From Candidatus Bathyarchaeota archaeon (GTDB lineage: Archaea; Thermoproteota; Bathyarchaeia; Bathyarchaeales; Bathycorpusculaceae), in NCBI GenBank assembly GCA_963806535.1, contig CAWDYC010000006.1, positions 96,001 to 160,000 of the forward strand: 64,000 nt of DNA, written 5' to 3'. The notes under the pieces are model-generated. The model was not told where the DNA came from, ran no database searches, and was given only the letters and a program-made list of their open reading frames with translations. The position numbers and the translations under genes are program-made. Shown here piece after piece: positions 40,457 to 50,170 of this stretch (the first letter of the stretch is position 1; each line of letters starts with the position of its first letter).

Positions 40457-40873
40457 TTTTCTACCTTCTTTTTCATATTTTTATATATTTGATTTTTTAC
40501 TGCAGGATTTTGGCGCTGGAATATCCATTCCCCAAGATTTTTGGAGCGCTGCTCTGCATTTTTCAGCAAATTCGCTGTTTAGATTCTCGGAGAATTTTTC
40601 ATGGGTCATTTTCCTTTCGCCTGTTCTCATACTTGATTTAGAGAGGATAAAAGCGATGTTTCAACCAATGGCATATGACAAAAGAGGTAATATTGCCGTA
40701 AATGTTGGTTTCCTAAAAAAGAATATGTTGATAACTGGATGGATTCGTTCAGACTTCAAACACTTGACATAACTTAAAAGAATAATTAGATTAATTAAAT
40801 CTCTGAACTGAGGTCGGGTCTTGTGGTTTCTCTGTTTAGTGGGTTTATTTGCGTTCTTTAAGCTCTGAGAAAC

Positions 40874-40990
40874 AAGTTGTTGACGGTTTTTGGGCAGGTT
40901 TTATTTTTTGTGCAATAAGTTGCTTTTTCAATTTGAAGCTTTAGATTCTTTGCAGGTTGAGTGAAGAAAAGTGAAATTAAGTGAAAAAAA
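40874..40990 (-). repeat. Inverted copy of the 9040-9160 element
   Basis: The reverse complement matches 9040-9160 with scattered substitutions. Confidence 0.88.
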
Positions 40991-41284
40991 AAGGAAATTT
41001 CAATTAAGGATTTGTTTTGCGTGTTCTAGTTTGCTCTTATGAATCTGAGCTTAAATCTCTCATAGATACATTATTTTTAGACATTTTAGGGTTAATTGAC
41101 ATTATTAGACAATCCAAGTTACGAGGATGACGGGATTGCGTTCGTGTCTAATCAACTGAAAAGTATTTGTTTTAGGGCGGCTGCAAAAAAGTTCAAGGAT
41201 CGGCTGAGTTAATATCAAAAAATATTTGCTTACCCGATTGGTTAAATAGCAACAGAATCAACCCTTGAATATGGAAGCATTCAG

Positions 41285-41713
41285 ATGACTTTTAAATCTG
41301 AATTCTTAGCGTTAATCTTCGGTTTACTACTAGTTTTCATAACTTTCGGAGACCAACCCTTAGGAGCCCTGCAAGGGACAACCATAGGCAACCTTGACAC
41401 CATATTTGGACTACGATTTTGGCCAATAATGGACATAATTTATCCTTTGTCAGCAATCGCCGTCTTTTTGTTATACGGTTGGGTAAAAGGTGGTGAATTA
41501 AGAATTAAACTAACAACTCTTCTGGTGTTCACTTCCTTTCTTGCGGTCCTTTTTCTTGTGAGCACAGACGATATTGCGCAAGTATTTGATCTCACAGTTC
41601 AACTTTCTAGAAACTATTGGATCTCTGTTTCGTTGACTTACCTTGTTGTCAGTAGCTTTGCTTTTTTCATTTATGGAAAACTTAATGAAAAGAAAATCAA
41701 ATCAACATCATAA
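41285..41713 (+). CDS. Four-TM membrane protein
   Basis: Hydrophobic segments; loop 'TFGD...IGNLDTIFG'. Confidence 0.7.
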   Translation: MTFKSEFLALIFGLLLVFITFGDQPLGALQGTTIGNLDTIFGLRFWPIMDIIYPLSAIAVFLLYGWVKGGELRIKLTTLLVFTSFLAVLFLVSTDDIAQVFDLTVQLSRNYWISVSLTYLVVSSFAFFIYGKLNEKKIKSTS

Positions 41714-41927
41714 GGAATAGTAATATGCACATCTAAGTTTTTTCAAAAGATTCAGAGTTCATATGATAGCCAAAAAACAAGACTGAATTCAATTCCGAAT
41801 CATCTTTTTGCTCATAGAGGCTCGCCATAAAAACTATTAAATTGTGGGAAAGGTTAAAAACAGTGGCAAGTTATAGCTTTTGACATTAGCCTCCAACTAA
41901 ATTAATTAAAACATCAGAAGAACAAAC

Positions 41928-44900
41928 ATGAAGAAGCTACAAATCTTAATAATTATATTTCTAATTTCGTTAGCAGTCTGCACTTTTGTGAGCATCCAAT
42001 CTGCAAAAGCTGCACAGAGCAATATTACTTTAAACCCAAATACGGGTCATATTGGTGACACAATTACGGTTTCGGGCACAGGTTTTGCCATCCTTCAGCC
42101 TATAACTATTAAATTTGATGGCACCACGGTTCCAACTTCTCCGCCTGCACAAGGAGGAATAGATGGTTCGTTTAGTGGTGCAAGTTTCACTGTTCCAACT
42201 ACTATGATTGGTTCTCACACAGTTTCTGCCACCGACGGCACTAACTCTGGGAACGCTCAATTTACGTTGACTTCTACTTTAACTGCGCCTACAATTTCAG
42301 CTTCTCCCAGCACAGTCGACCAGACTCAAACTTCCACTTTGAGTTCTACTACGGTGGTAACAGGTACTTCTCCATATACGTATCAGTGGATTCAGAAGGC
42401 TCCTGGCACCGGTAGTTTCTCTCCTATCTCCGGTGCAACTTCCTCTGGTTATTCTTTTGTAACAACCAGTTCTACCACTATTGGATCATGGAGTTTTGAG
42501 CTTCAAGTAACTGATTTAGCCTCGGCAATTGTGACTTCGAATGCCGTTTCTGTAACGGTGAGCGCTATTCCGACTGTGGGTATTGCGCCTGTTGGCCCAT
42601 TATTAATGGATGCAGGTCAGAACCAAGTGTTTACCGCTACACCTGGCGGTGGTTACGGAACTCTATCATATCAATGGTATTCAGGCAGCACTCCGGTTTC
42701 TGGTGCCAACAGTTTAACTTACACTTATACTGCATCGGGGGCTTCTGTTTCTATTACTTGTAAGGTGACTGACAGCGCTCCTACTCCTATTACTTCTACT
42801 TCAAACACTGTTGCAATTACTGTGAGTGCTACGCCGACAGTGAACATTACGCCGGTTGGTCCTCTTAGTATTGATGCAGGGCAGGCTCAGACTTTCACAG
42901 CTGCTCCGTCTGGCGGTTCAGGCACGATTCATTTTCAATGGTATTTAGGGGGATCCGCTGTCTCAGGCGCTTCTGGTTCCACATATTCTTTCAGCCGCTC
43001 GGTCGGTTCTTACTCGGTTACCTGCAAGGTGACTGATAGCGCCTATACTCCAATTACATCTGTTGATTCAAATGCGGTTGCTGTCACGGTGAATTCTGCT
43101 TTGGTCGCTCCAACGGCTTCTGCTACTCCATCCACGATGAATAAGGGTCAGACATCCACTTTGGCTTCTACAGCGGTTACAACTGGAACTTCACCATACA
43201 CGTATCAATGGTTAAGTGAAGCTCCAGGAGAATCAAGCTTTAATGCACTTGGCGGTGCCACTTCGAGCAGCTACAGTTTTGTCACTGATTCTTCCACGGC
43301 TAATGGTATTTGGAGCTTTGAGCTTAAAGTTACCGACGTTACAGGTGCTTCAATAACTTCCAACGTTGCAACTGTCTCTGTGACCGCTGCGCTTACTGTG
43401 AGTGTATCACCTACTTCCTGGAGTATGGATGTTGGGCAGTCCAAGACGTTTATTGCTACTGCAAGCGGTGGTTCAGGCAGTTACTCTTCAACGGGTTATC
43501 AGTGGTATGTAGGTGGGTCTGCTCAATCTGGTGCGACTTCATCTACGTTTAGTTACTCTCTTGGATCCATAGGTTCTTACTTGATTACTGTTACAGTTAC
43601 AGATAGTTTAGGTTCAACTTCCGCTCCGTCTTCACCTGCTTCGGTTGTTGTTAGTGCTTCACCGACAGTGAGCATTGCCCCTGCTGGTCCAATTACTTTG
43701 GATACTGGTCAAATCCAAGTGTTTACAGCTACATATAGTGGTGGTTCAGGCTCTCTTTCTTACCAGTGGTCTGTAGATGGTAATGCGGTTGGCTCCAATA
43801 GTGCAAGTTATTCCTATACTGCCACTGCTTCTTCACACTCAATTACTTGTAAGGTGACAGATGGTGCTTCTACCCCCGTTACATCTTCTTCGAACGCAGT
43901 TTCAATTACGGCGAATTCTGCTTTGCTCGCTCCAACAGTATCAGCTTCTCCCAACACAATTAATCAGGGCCAGACCAGTATTCTGACTTCACCTTCGGTG
44001 ACGACGGGTACATCTCCATACAATTATCAATGGTTTGAAAAAGTTCCATCAGGAACCTACACTACGATAGGCTCAAATTCTCCAAGTTTCAGTTTTGTAA
44101 CTTCAGGTACAATGGTTACTGGCAGTTGGAGTTTCATCCTTCAGGTCAAGGACGCTTCAGGTAATGCAGTGAATTCTACTGCCGTCTCGGTTACTGTTAA
44201 TACTAGTCCATTGGATCACTTTATTTTCGCTTCTTTCGGCGTTCAGACTGCAGGTACACCCTTTAGCATAACGATAACAGCTAAAAATGCTTTTAACAAC
44301 ACGCTTACAAACTATAGTGGAACTAACGCTTTGAATGTTTCAATTGGAACTATTAATCCAACCATTACTGGTAACTTCATAAATGGTGTTTGGACTGGTT
44401 CAGTGACAGTCACAGGCGCTGGTTCAGGAGTTTGGCTTTCTGCATCTGGTTCTGGTATGACTGGAACCAGTGGCAGCTTCACGGTTAATCCTGGAATACT
44501 CGATCATTTCACTTTTAGTTCAATTAGCGATCAAAGTTCAGGTTCTCCCTTTAACATAGCGGTTACTGCTCAAGACGCATTTAATAACACTGTTAAAAGC
44601 TATGTTGGCACACCATCTTTGACGTGCTCTGCCGGCTCGATCAATCCATCTATTATGACTGCTTTTGTTGGAGGTGCCGGATCAACTTTGGTTACAATAG
44701 CTTCTAGCGGTTCCAGCGTGACCATTACTGCCACTGACGGCAGCCATACGGGTACGAGCAACTCATTCACTGTGACACTTGCAGCAACATCTAGCCCAAC
44801 GCCAAGTCCCTCACCTCTACCCACTCCAACTCCCTCCACAGGTCCTACTGCAAGCCCTCAACCAACACTCACTCCAGCACCTACACCCGTACCAAACGCA

Positions 44901-45401
44901 ATAACCATAACCACTTTGACGGATAGCGGCCAAAATGTATCTCTAACATTTCAGGGAGACATAACAAGTTCGACAATATCAAGCATCAGCATCACAACAG
45001 ACGGATCTAACACAACAACAACGGTATCTTTAGCCATTGTCGCGCAAAGCAAGACTAATGGTTTTAATAATGTGACCATTCCAATTTCCGCCATTCCATA
45101 TGGAACGACACCAACCGTTTATGTCAATAATGGAGTTGCTCAAAATCAAGGGTACAGTCATGACTCCAAAAACTACTATATATGGTTCAAAACAGACTAT
45201 TCTACATACGAATTATCAGTTGCTTTCGAAACACAACCTGCGCCCGCTAACTTTCCGATATGGGTGATATTAGCCATAGTCATCATTGTAGTCGTCTCTA
45301 TTCTGGCAGTGTTTCTTCAAAAAACCTTTAAAACCAAAAACTTTAGGTTAGAAAAATATGAAAAAATAGCGAATAAATATTCTTGGTTTACAAAATCTTA
45401 A
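41928..45401 (+). CDS. Large Ser/Thr-rich surface protein (adhesin-like) with Ig/PKD-like repeats and a C-terminal TM anchor
   Basis: Signal peptide, IPT-like domain, seven 'YQW...VTD' repeats, two 'LDHF...AFNNT' repeats, PT linker, TM + basic tail. Confidence 0.87.
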   Translation: MKKLQILIIIFLISLAVCTFVSIQSAKAAQSNITLNPNTGHIGDTITVSGTGFAILQPITIKFDGTTVPTSPPAQGGIDGSFSGASFTVPTTMIGSHTVSATDGTNSGNAQFTLTSTLTAPTISASPSTVDQTQTSTLSSTTVVTGTSPYTYQWIQKAPGTGSFSPISGATSSGYSFVTTSSTTIGSWSFELQVTDLASAIVTSNAVSVTVSAIPTVGIAPVGPLLMDAGQNQVFTATPGGGYGTLSYQWYSGSTPVSGANSLTYTYTASGASVSITCKVTDSAPTPITSTSNTVAITVSATPTVNITPVGPLSIDAGQAQTFTAAPSGGSGTIHFQWYLGGSAVSGASGSTYSFSRSVGSYSVTCKVTDSAYTPITSVDSNAVAVTVNSALVAPTASATPSTMNKGQTSTLASTAVTTGTSPYTYQWLSEAPGESSFNALGGATSSSYSFVTDSSTANGIWSFELKVTDVTGASITSNVATVSVTAALTVSVSPTSWSMDVGQSKTFIATASGGSGSYSSTGYQWYVGGSAQSGATSSTFSYSLGSIGSYLITVTVTDSLGSTSAPSSPASVVVSASPTVSIAPAGPITLDTGQIQVFTATYSGGSGSLSYQWSVDGNAVGSNSASYSYTATASSHSITCKVTDGASTPVTSSSNAVSITANSALLAPTVSASPNTINQGQTSILTSPSVTTGTSPYNYQWFEKVPSGTYTTIGSNSPSFSFVTSGTMVTGSWSFILQVKDASGNAVNSTAVSVTVNTSPLDHFIFASFGVQTAGTPFSITITAKNAFNNTLTNYSGTNALNVSIGTINPTITGNFINGVWTGSVTVTGAGSGVWLSASGSGMTGTSGSFTVNPGILDHFTFSSISDQSSGSPFNIAVTAQDAFNNTVKSYVGTPSLTCSAGSINPSIMTAFVGGAGSTLVTIASSGSSVTITATDGSHTGTSNSFTVTLAATSSPTPSPSPLPTPTPSTGPTASPQPTLTPAPTPVPNAITITTLTDSGQNVSLTFQGDITSSTISSISITTDGSNTTTTVSLAIVAQSKTNGFNNVTIPISAIPYGTTPTVYVNNGVAQNQGYSHDSKNYYIWFKTDYSTYELSVAFETQPAPANFPIWVILAIVIIVVVSILAVFLQKTFKTKNFRLEKYEKIANKYSWFTKS

Positions 45402-45564
45402 TCCACATACAATAAGATGAAATTACAGAAATGTAGGTTAACTCATTATGCAAAATATAGATTGGCAAATAAGAAGCCTTAATTTTATTGAAGAAAAAAT
45501 GTTTGCTGTCGAGCGTGATTTGATAAAGATTTGATGAGCAGTTAACCGTCTTTATTTCAGGTCC

Positions 45565-45590
45565 ACTTCCTTCAGGAAGGGATTTTATAG
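45565..45590 (+). repeat. 26-bp direct repeat with internal palindrome, copy 1
   Basis: ACTTCCTTCAGGAAGGGATTTTATAG, identical at 46810-46835. Confidence 0.85.
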
Positions 45591-45810
45591 CTGCGTCTAA
45601 TTAGGAAAATGCTTTTTTGCTTGCGATAGAACTCCTCTAAGCCGATAAAATCATTAGATTTCTTGATTTTCGTTTCAATGACAAAATTAGAAATAGAAAA
45701 ATTAAAATTTGACTTCGATATATTACAGTACTTTATATATAATCTTAAATAAGCGCCAGACTTCTTGGTTGCTAAACAAGGGATTGTAAAAAGAGAAAAG
45801 AGATGATTAG

Positions 45811-46506
45811 TTGCAAACAAAAGGAGAGCTTTTACCGTCAATGCAAGTTGTAATAGCTGCATTGAACGAAGAAGAAGGCATAGGACGTACGATTGCCGAA
45901 ATAAACACTGAGTTAAACAATCCTCTTGTACTAGTAGTTGACGGTCGAAGCACCGATAGAACCGTTGAAATAGCCAAGAACATGGGTGCCGACATCCTTC
46001 TTCAAGATAAGCTCGGCAAAGGAAATGCCTTGGCAAAGGCGGTTGAACATTTGGATTCATCAGTTGAATACATAGTCATCACTGATGCAGACTACACTTA
46101 CCCAGCGGAACATGTTCATGAAATGGTTCGCATTCTGCAGAACAACTCCAATGTCGGTATGGTCTGTGGCAACCGATTTAACGGTCATCTTGATAAAAAA
46201 GCAATGCATGATGCTTTTTACATTGGCAACCGACTCATTGCTCTGACCCACAACTTACTAAATGGAGTTCCATTGAATGATCCACTTACAGGCTTGAGAG
46301 TGGTACGTGCCGAAATTCTCAGAAATTGGAAAGTAAAATCGCAAGGTTTCGATATAGAAGTAGAGCTAAACCATCATGTTGAACGTCAAGGCTTTACTAT
46401 TTTCGAAACGCCTATTCAGTATAGACCTCGGTTGGGACAAAAAAAGTTGGGCATCAAACATGGTGCTGAAATTTTGAAACGAATAATGATGGAAACAACT
46501 TATTGA
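45811..46506 (+). CDS. GT2 glycosyltransferase, polyprenol/dolichol-phosphate hexose synthase-like
   Basis: 'IAALNEE', 'VVDGRSTDRT', 'GKGNA', DAD, 'D.LTG.R', 'F.IE.E'. Confidence 0.88.
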   Translation: MQTKGELLPSMQVVIAALNEEEGIGRTIAEINTELNNPLVLVVDGRSTDRTVEIAKNMGADILLQDKLGKGNALAKAVEHLDSSVEYIVITDADYTYPAEHVHEMVRILQNNSNVGMVCGNRFNGHLDKKAMHDAFYIGNRLIALTHNLLNGVPLNDPLTGLRVVRAEILRNWKVKSQGFDIEVELNHHVERQGFTIFETPIQYRPRLGQKKLGIKHGAEILKRIMMETTY

Positions 46507-46809
46507 CTCTGGCAAAATATCAAAATTGCTTGATCGCTAAACAAACTCGGAATCGTGTCCATCCGATCTTTCTTGAGCTTAAGTTGAAGAAGGTATAAGT
46601 TAAGGCTTCAACAAACGATGCGAAATTATCCCTAAAATTAGGTGTCATAAATTCCCTTAACATTTTGGTTTTGTGAACTCCTGGCCTCTTAGCGATAATA
46701 TAACCACATAGCAATTTACGAAAACTTTAAATCAAATCAAAAGGGAAAATATGTTTAAATTGGTGATGATCTCAGGTTCAGGCTATTTAGTCCCATTTTT
46801 TTCTTATCT

Positions 46810-46835
46810 ACTTCCTTCAGGAAGGGATTTTATAG
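46810..46835 (+). repeat. 26-bp direct repeat with internal palindrome, copy 2
   Basis: Identical to 45565-45590. Confidence 0.85.
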
Positions 46836-47017
46836 GTTACTTTCTTAACCTATAATCAATCAAAATCTTCAAATTTTTATTAAATTCAGAAAATTCTTTT
46901 TTTAATAGCCCTACATAAATAAAAAATGAGTTTAAACTTTTTGATCTTAAAAGGTTTGGTTTTATTATAGACTTAACCTAAAACCTGTAAAAGGATCATT
47001 TAGTCGAGGGATTAGTT

Positions 47018-47521
47018 CTGAACAAACATGTTATCATAGTACTAATCGTGATGCTTTCGGTTTTGGCAGTATTACCCGGTTTTCACCTACCATTGGTAAA
47101 AGCTAGTAATGAAACTACAAGCTTACAGGCGGCCGACGCTTCTATCAATCAGGCGTTTACAAACGTCTTAGCGGCAGAAAAAGCAGGTGGCAACGTAACG
47201 CAGCTATTAGCAAAGCTAAATACTGCAGGAGCGCTTTTGGCGGAAGCTGAAAACGCTTATAACACGGGTAACTTGAATAATGTGATTTCAACGGCTGACA
47301 GTGCTCGATTAGTAGCCAATCAGGTTAATAGTGACGCGATAGGGCTTCGAAATTCAAGCATTACTCAATCCCAAAACAATCTACTATTTACCGTAGTTTT
47401 TTCTGTAATATCAGCAATTACTTTTGTTGTTGTAATGTTTTTAATTTGGCGCCGATTTAAACGTGGATTTACCGAAAAATTGCTATCTTCAAAACCAAAG
47501 GTGGTGGAAAATGCAACTTAA
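47018..47521 (+). CDS. Secreted helical-domain protein with C-terminal TM
   Basis: 'AF..VL.AEKAGGNVT.L...LN.A..L' is paralogous to 30523-31113; in-frame CTG at 47018 after GAGGGA extends the signal peptide (ORF track starts at 47048). Confidence 0.72.
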   Translation: MNKHVIIVLIVMLSVLAVLPGFHLPLVKASNETTSLQAADASINQAFTNVLAAEKAGGNVTQLLAKLNTAGALLAEAENAYNTGNLNNVISTADSARLVANQVNSDAIGLRNSSITQSQNNLLFTVVFSVISAITFVVVMFLIWRRFKRGFTEKLLSSKPKVVENAT

Positions 47522-48104
47522 AGACTACAAAATTTTGTTTGTTACCACTGTATTAATCGGTGTTATAATTCTTGCATCACCAACCATAGCGATTTTCATA
47601 AAAACCCCAGTTGGGGAACAGTTCTCTTCAATCTATATGCTTGGGCAAAATCATACATTTGATAATCTTCCGTTTAATGTCAAATCAGGCGTAGTTTATT
47701 CAGTCTATCTTGGAGTTACAAACTACTTGGAATCCTCTAATTACTATACTTGCTCTGTCAAGTTAGCATCTCAAAATGATCGTCTCCCTGATCCGATACT
47801 TGGAACGCCAAGTTCATTGCCCACCTTGTATCAATACAAAACTTTTCTAGCTAATGGAGGAACATGGGAAGTGCCATTAACATTCGAAATAAATAATATC
47901 ACTTTCTCAAACGAGACTTCGACGCTTTCTGACATAAGTATTAATGGCTTAGATTATGCTGTTAATGAAATCTCAGTTTTCGATTCTAGCCGAGCCGGAT
48001 ATTATTACAACCTATTTATCGAATTGTCATTATACAATTCAACCTTGAACAGTCTAAATTATGATGGCAGATTTGTTACCTTAAATCTAAATGTTATTCA
48101 GTAA
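47511..48104 (+). CDS. DUF1616 C-terminal-type domain protein
   Basis: TM then 'GEQFS.IYMLG...P...VYLGVTN'; ATG 47511 overlaps the upstream stop. Confidence 0.75.
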   Translation: MQLKDYKILFVTTVLIGVIILASPTIAIFIKTPVGEQFSSIYMLGQNHTFDNLPFNVKSGVVYSVYLGVTNYLESSNYYTCSVKLASQNDRLPDPILGTPSSLPTLYQYKTFLANGGTWEVPLTFEINNITFSNETSTLSDISINGLDYAVNEISVFDSSRAGYYYNLFIELSLYNSTLNSLNYDGRFVTLNLNVIQ

Positions 48105-48190
48105 ATCTAAGAAAACAGCATCACAAAATAATATTGCATAATTTATTTTAAAAAACTCTTAGATATCTAATTAGATATTTTGGCGAAATA

Positions 48191-50083
48191 ATGTTAGAAA
48201 AATTCAAAGAGCATAAGATTCTTATAGCGATAATAATTGTTGCAGGTTTTTTAATATTTTATGTTCTTGGTATTGCGACTAACCTGTTTGCGAATCCTGT
48301 GTTCTCCATGTTTTTTGTTATTAGCAATGATACAGCTCATGAAATTGCATATTTAGCGGTGGTGGGAGCAGTCGCCGCAGTTATAATCGGTCTAATTCTT
48401 CTTAAAAAACAAAGGATCATAGAACCAAAGACAATGTACAAACCCGCCATTTTTAGTAATAGAGCAACTAACCAATTACCAGATAAACCTGTGGATTTTT
48501 TGGGAAAAAGTAAATTCGCTTTTGTATCGCTTTTGATAGGTTTAGCCCTCTTTTTCTACTCTTGGTATAAAACTTATCCAATATCACTGAAATATCCTGG
48601 CGACGCTGTTTTTTATCATATATCGCCGTTCTACTGGATCAGCATTCCTGTAGTATTAGGCTCACTTTACTTGATAGGTGTCTTTTCAAAAAGTCAACCT
48701 GTCAAATGTGCCATAACTGTTGCAATTATATTATTTGTGTACTCTTTATCCTTCTTCTACTTTACAATGCCTACATCTGATTCATCTTACTTTAGAGGAT
48801 TATCTCAAAATTTTATAAATACTCAAAGCTTGAATCCATCTCTATTTATCCATGAATATTATCAATGGCCATCTTTTTTCTTAATAACAGATATTGCAAC
48901 ATCCGTAAGCGGTCTACCTCTTATTAGTTTCGAATTTTTTCTATACGCTTTAATCGGCTCCTTGATAGCTGGATCATTATATGTTTATGCGGCGAAGCTC
49001 AACAAAAATGGCGCAATCATAGCTGTACCTTCATTTTTCTTTGCAATGTTTTACTTCTTAAACTATCAAGCCGTGCCTTTTTCACTCGCACTTGCTTTAC
49101 TTTTTGCAATCTTCATGTTGGAAACCAGAAAAAAAACTACACCTGTAATAGTAACTATTCTAATTTTGTTCTTCTGCCTTTCAATCGCGCATAGCTTTGT
49201 GGCTTTATTCTATATTCTGTATCTATTGTTCCGAAGCCTTGTAAGCAGAAGTAAACTTTATGCGGAAATCTGCTTGGTCGCTACGAACATTTTTGTAATA
49301 ACACAATTCAGTTTAAGCTCTTACTGGATTGGCCTAAATATAACAAACCTATTCCGCTTGCCAACAGAATATAGTTCAATAGTAAGTGCAACGTTGACTG
49401 CAACATCCACAGTTCCAACTCCTATAGATACACTGTCTCAAACACTATCAAGAGCATCTACAATCATTATTCTTCTAATGTGTCTAATTGGTTTCGTTGT
49501 TCTTTTAATTAAACGAAAACTAAGAGCCGTAGATGGAGCCATTTTTCTTGCCGGACTAGCTTACACAGTCTTGGGCCTTGCTTTGTCCTCTTTAGGCTCA
49601 AGGGCTATATCAATCCTTTTTATTCCTTTATCTCTTGGAGCTATGTATTTCCTTGGTACAAAACTAAGACCTTATATAATAGCCCTTTTTCTGATAGTGT
49701 TATTACTGTTTGTCGCCATCCCAATTCATACTTCATTTACTAGTTACCCAATAACATTTCAAACAAAAGATAATCTTACCACATCAAACTTTATGATTGA
49801 GAAGTACAACTGGACTCCATTTAGCACAGTAATCGCTGACTCTGGCATGAGATGGTACATGCTACCACAAATCCAGGGAAAGGCTGAAATCGACACTAAC
49901 CTCCAACCTCGTTTTTCACTTACAAATATTACAAATTATGACTCTATCATCTACTCAATCGGTCTAGCAAATACCCTTCAAAGCAATGGTATTTCCCTTG
50001 AGAATAATTCACAAAGCATTATGCACAGTTACAGTTTGGTTTACAACTCAGGTCAATCATATATAGCGATAAAAAGCAAATAA
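48191..50083 (+). CDS. Polytopic GT-C-like membrane protein with an N-terminal two-TM module
   Basis: >13 TMs; 'SDS.YF', 'YYQWP.FF', 'AH.F', ends 'VYNSG'; same architecture as 26263-27873. Confidence 0.7.
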   Translation: MLEKFKEHKILIAIIIVAGFLIFYVLGIATNLFANPVFSMFFVISNDTAHEIAYLAVVGAVAAVIIGLILLKKQRIIEPKTMYKPAIFSNRATNQLPDKPVDFLGKSKFAFVSLLIGLALFFYSWYKTYPISLKYPGDAVFYHISPFYWISIPVVLGSLYLIGVFSKSQPVKCAITVAIILFVYSLSFFYFTMPTSDSSYFRGLSQNFINTQSLNPSLFIHEYYQWPSFFLITDIATSVSGLPLISFEFFLYALIGSLIAGSLYVYAAKLNKNGAIIAVPSFFFAMFYFLNYQAVPFSLALALLFAIFMLETRKKTTPVIVTILILFFCLSIAHSFVALFYILYLLFRSLVSRSKLYAEICLVATNIFVITQFSLSSYWIGLNITNLFRLPTEYSSIVSATLTATSTVPTPIDTLSQTLSRASTIIILLMCLIGFVVLLIKRKLRAVDGAIFLAGLAYTVLGLALSSLGSRAISILFIPLSLGAMYFLGTKLRPYIIALFLIVLLLFVAIPIHTSFTSYPITFQTKDNLTTSNFMIEKYNWTPFSTVIADSGMRWYMLPQIQGKAEIDTNLQPRFSLTNITNYDSIIYSIGLANTLQSNGISLENNSQSIMHSYSLVYNSGQSYIAIKSK

Positions 50084-50170
50084 AAACTATCAAGTGGCTA
50101 TTTCAAAATTCAGTCGATACTTACCCAAAGCTTAGTTCAAACCCAACTTAACATCTATAAAAAACTGTAG

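Noticed and set aside
40485-40630. ~49-aa minus-strand ORF upstream of 40244-40456
   Set aside because: A possible microprotein, but there is no motif or other support.
45572-46060. 162-aa minus-strand ORF
   Set aside because: Antisense to the GT2 gene and its promoter; no protein-like features.
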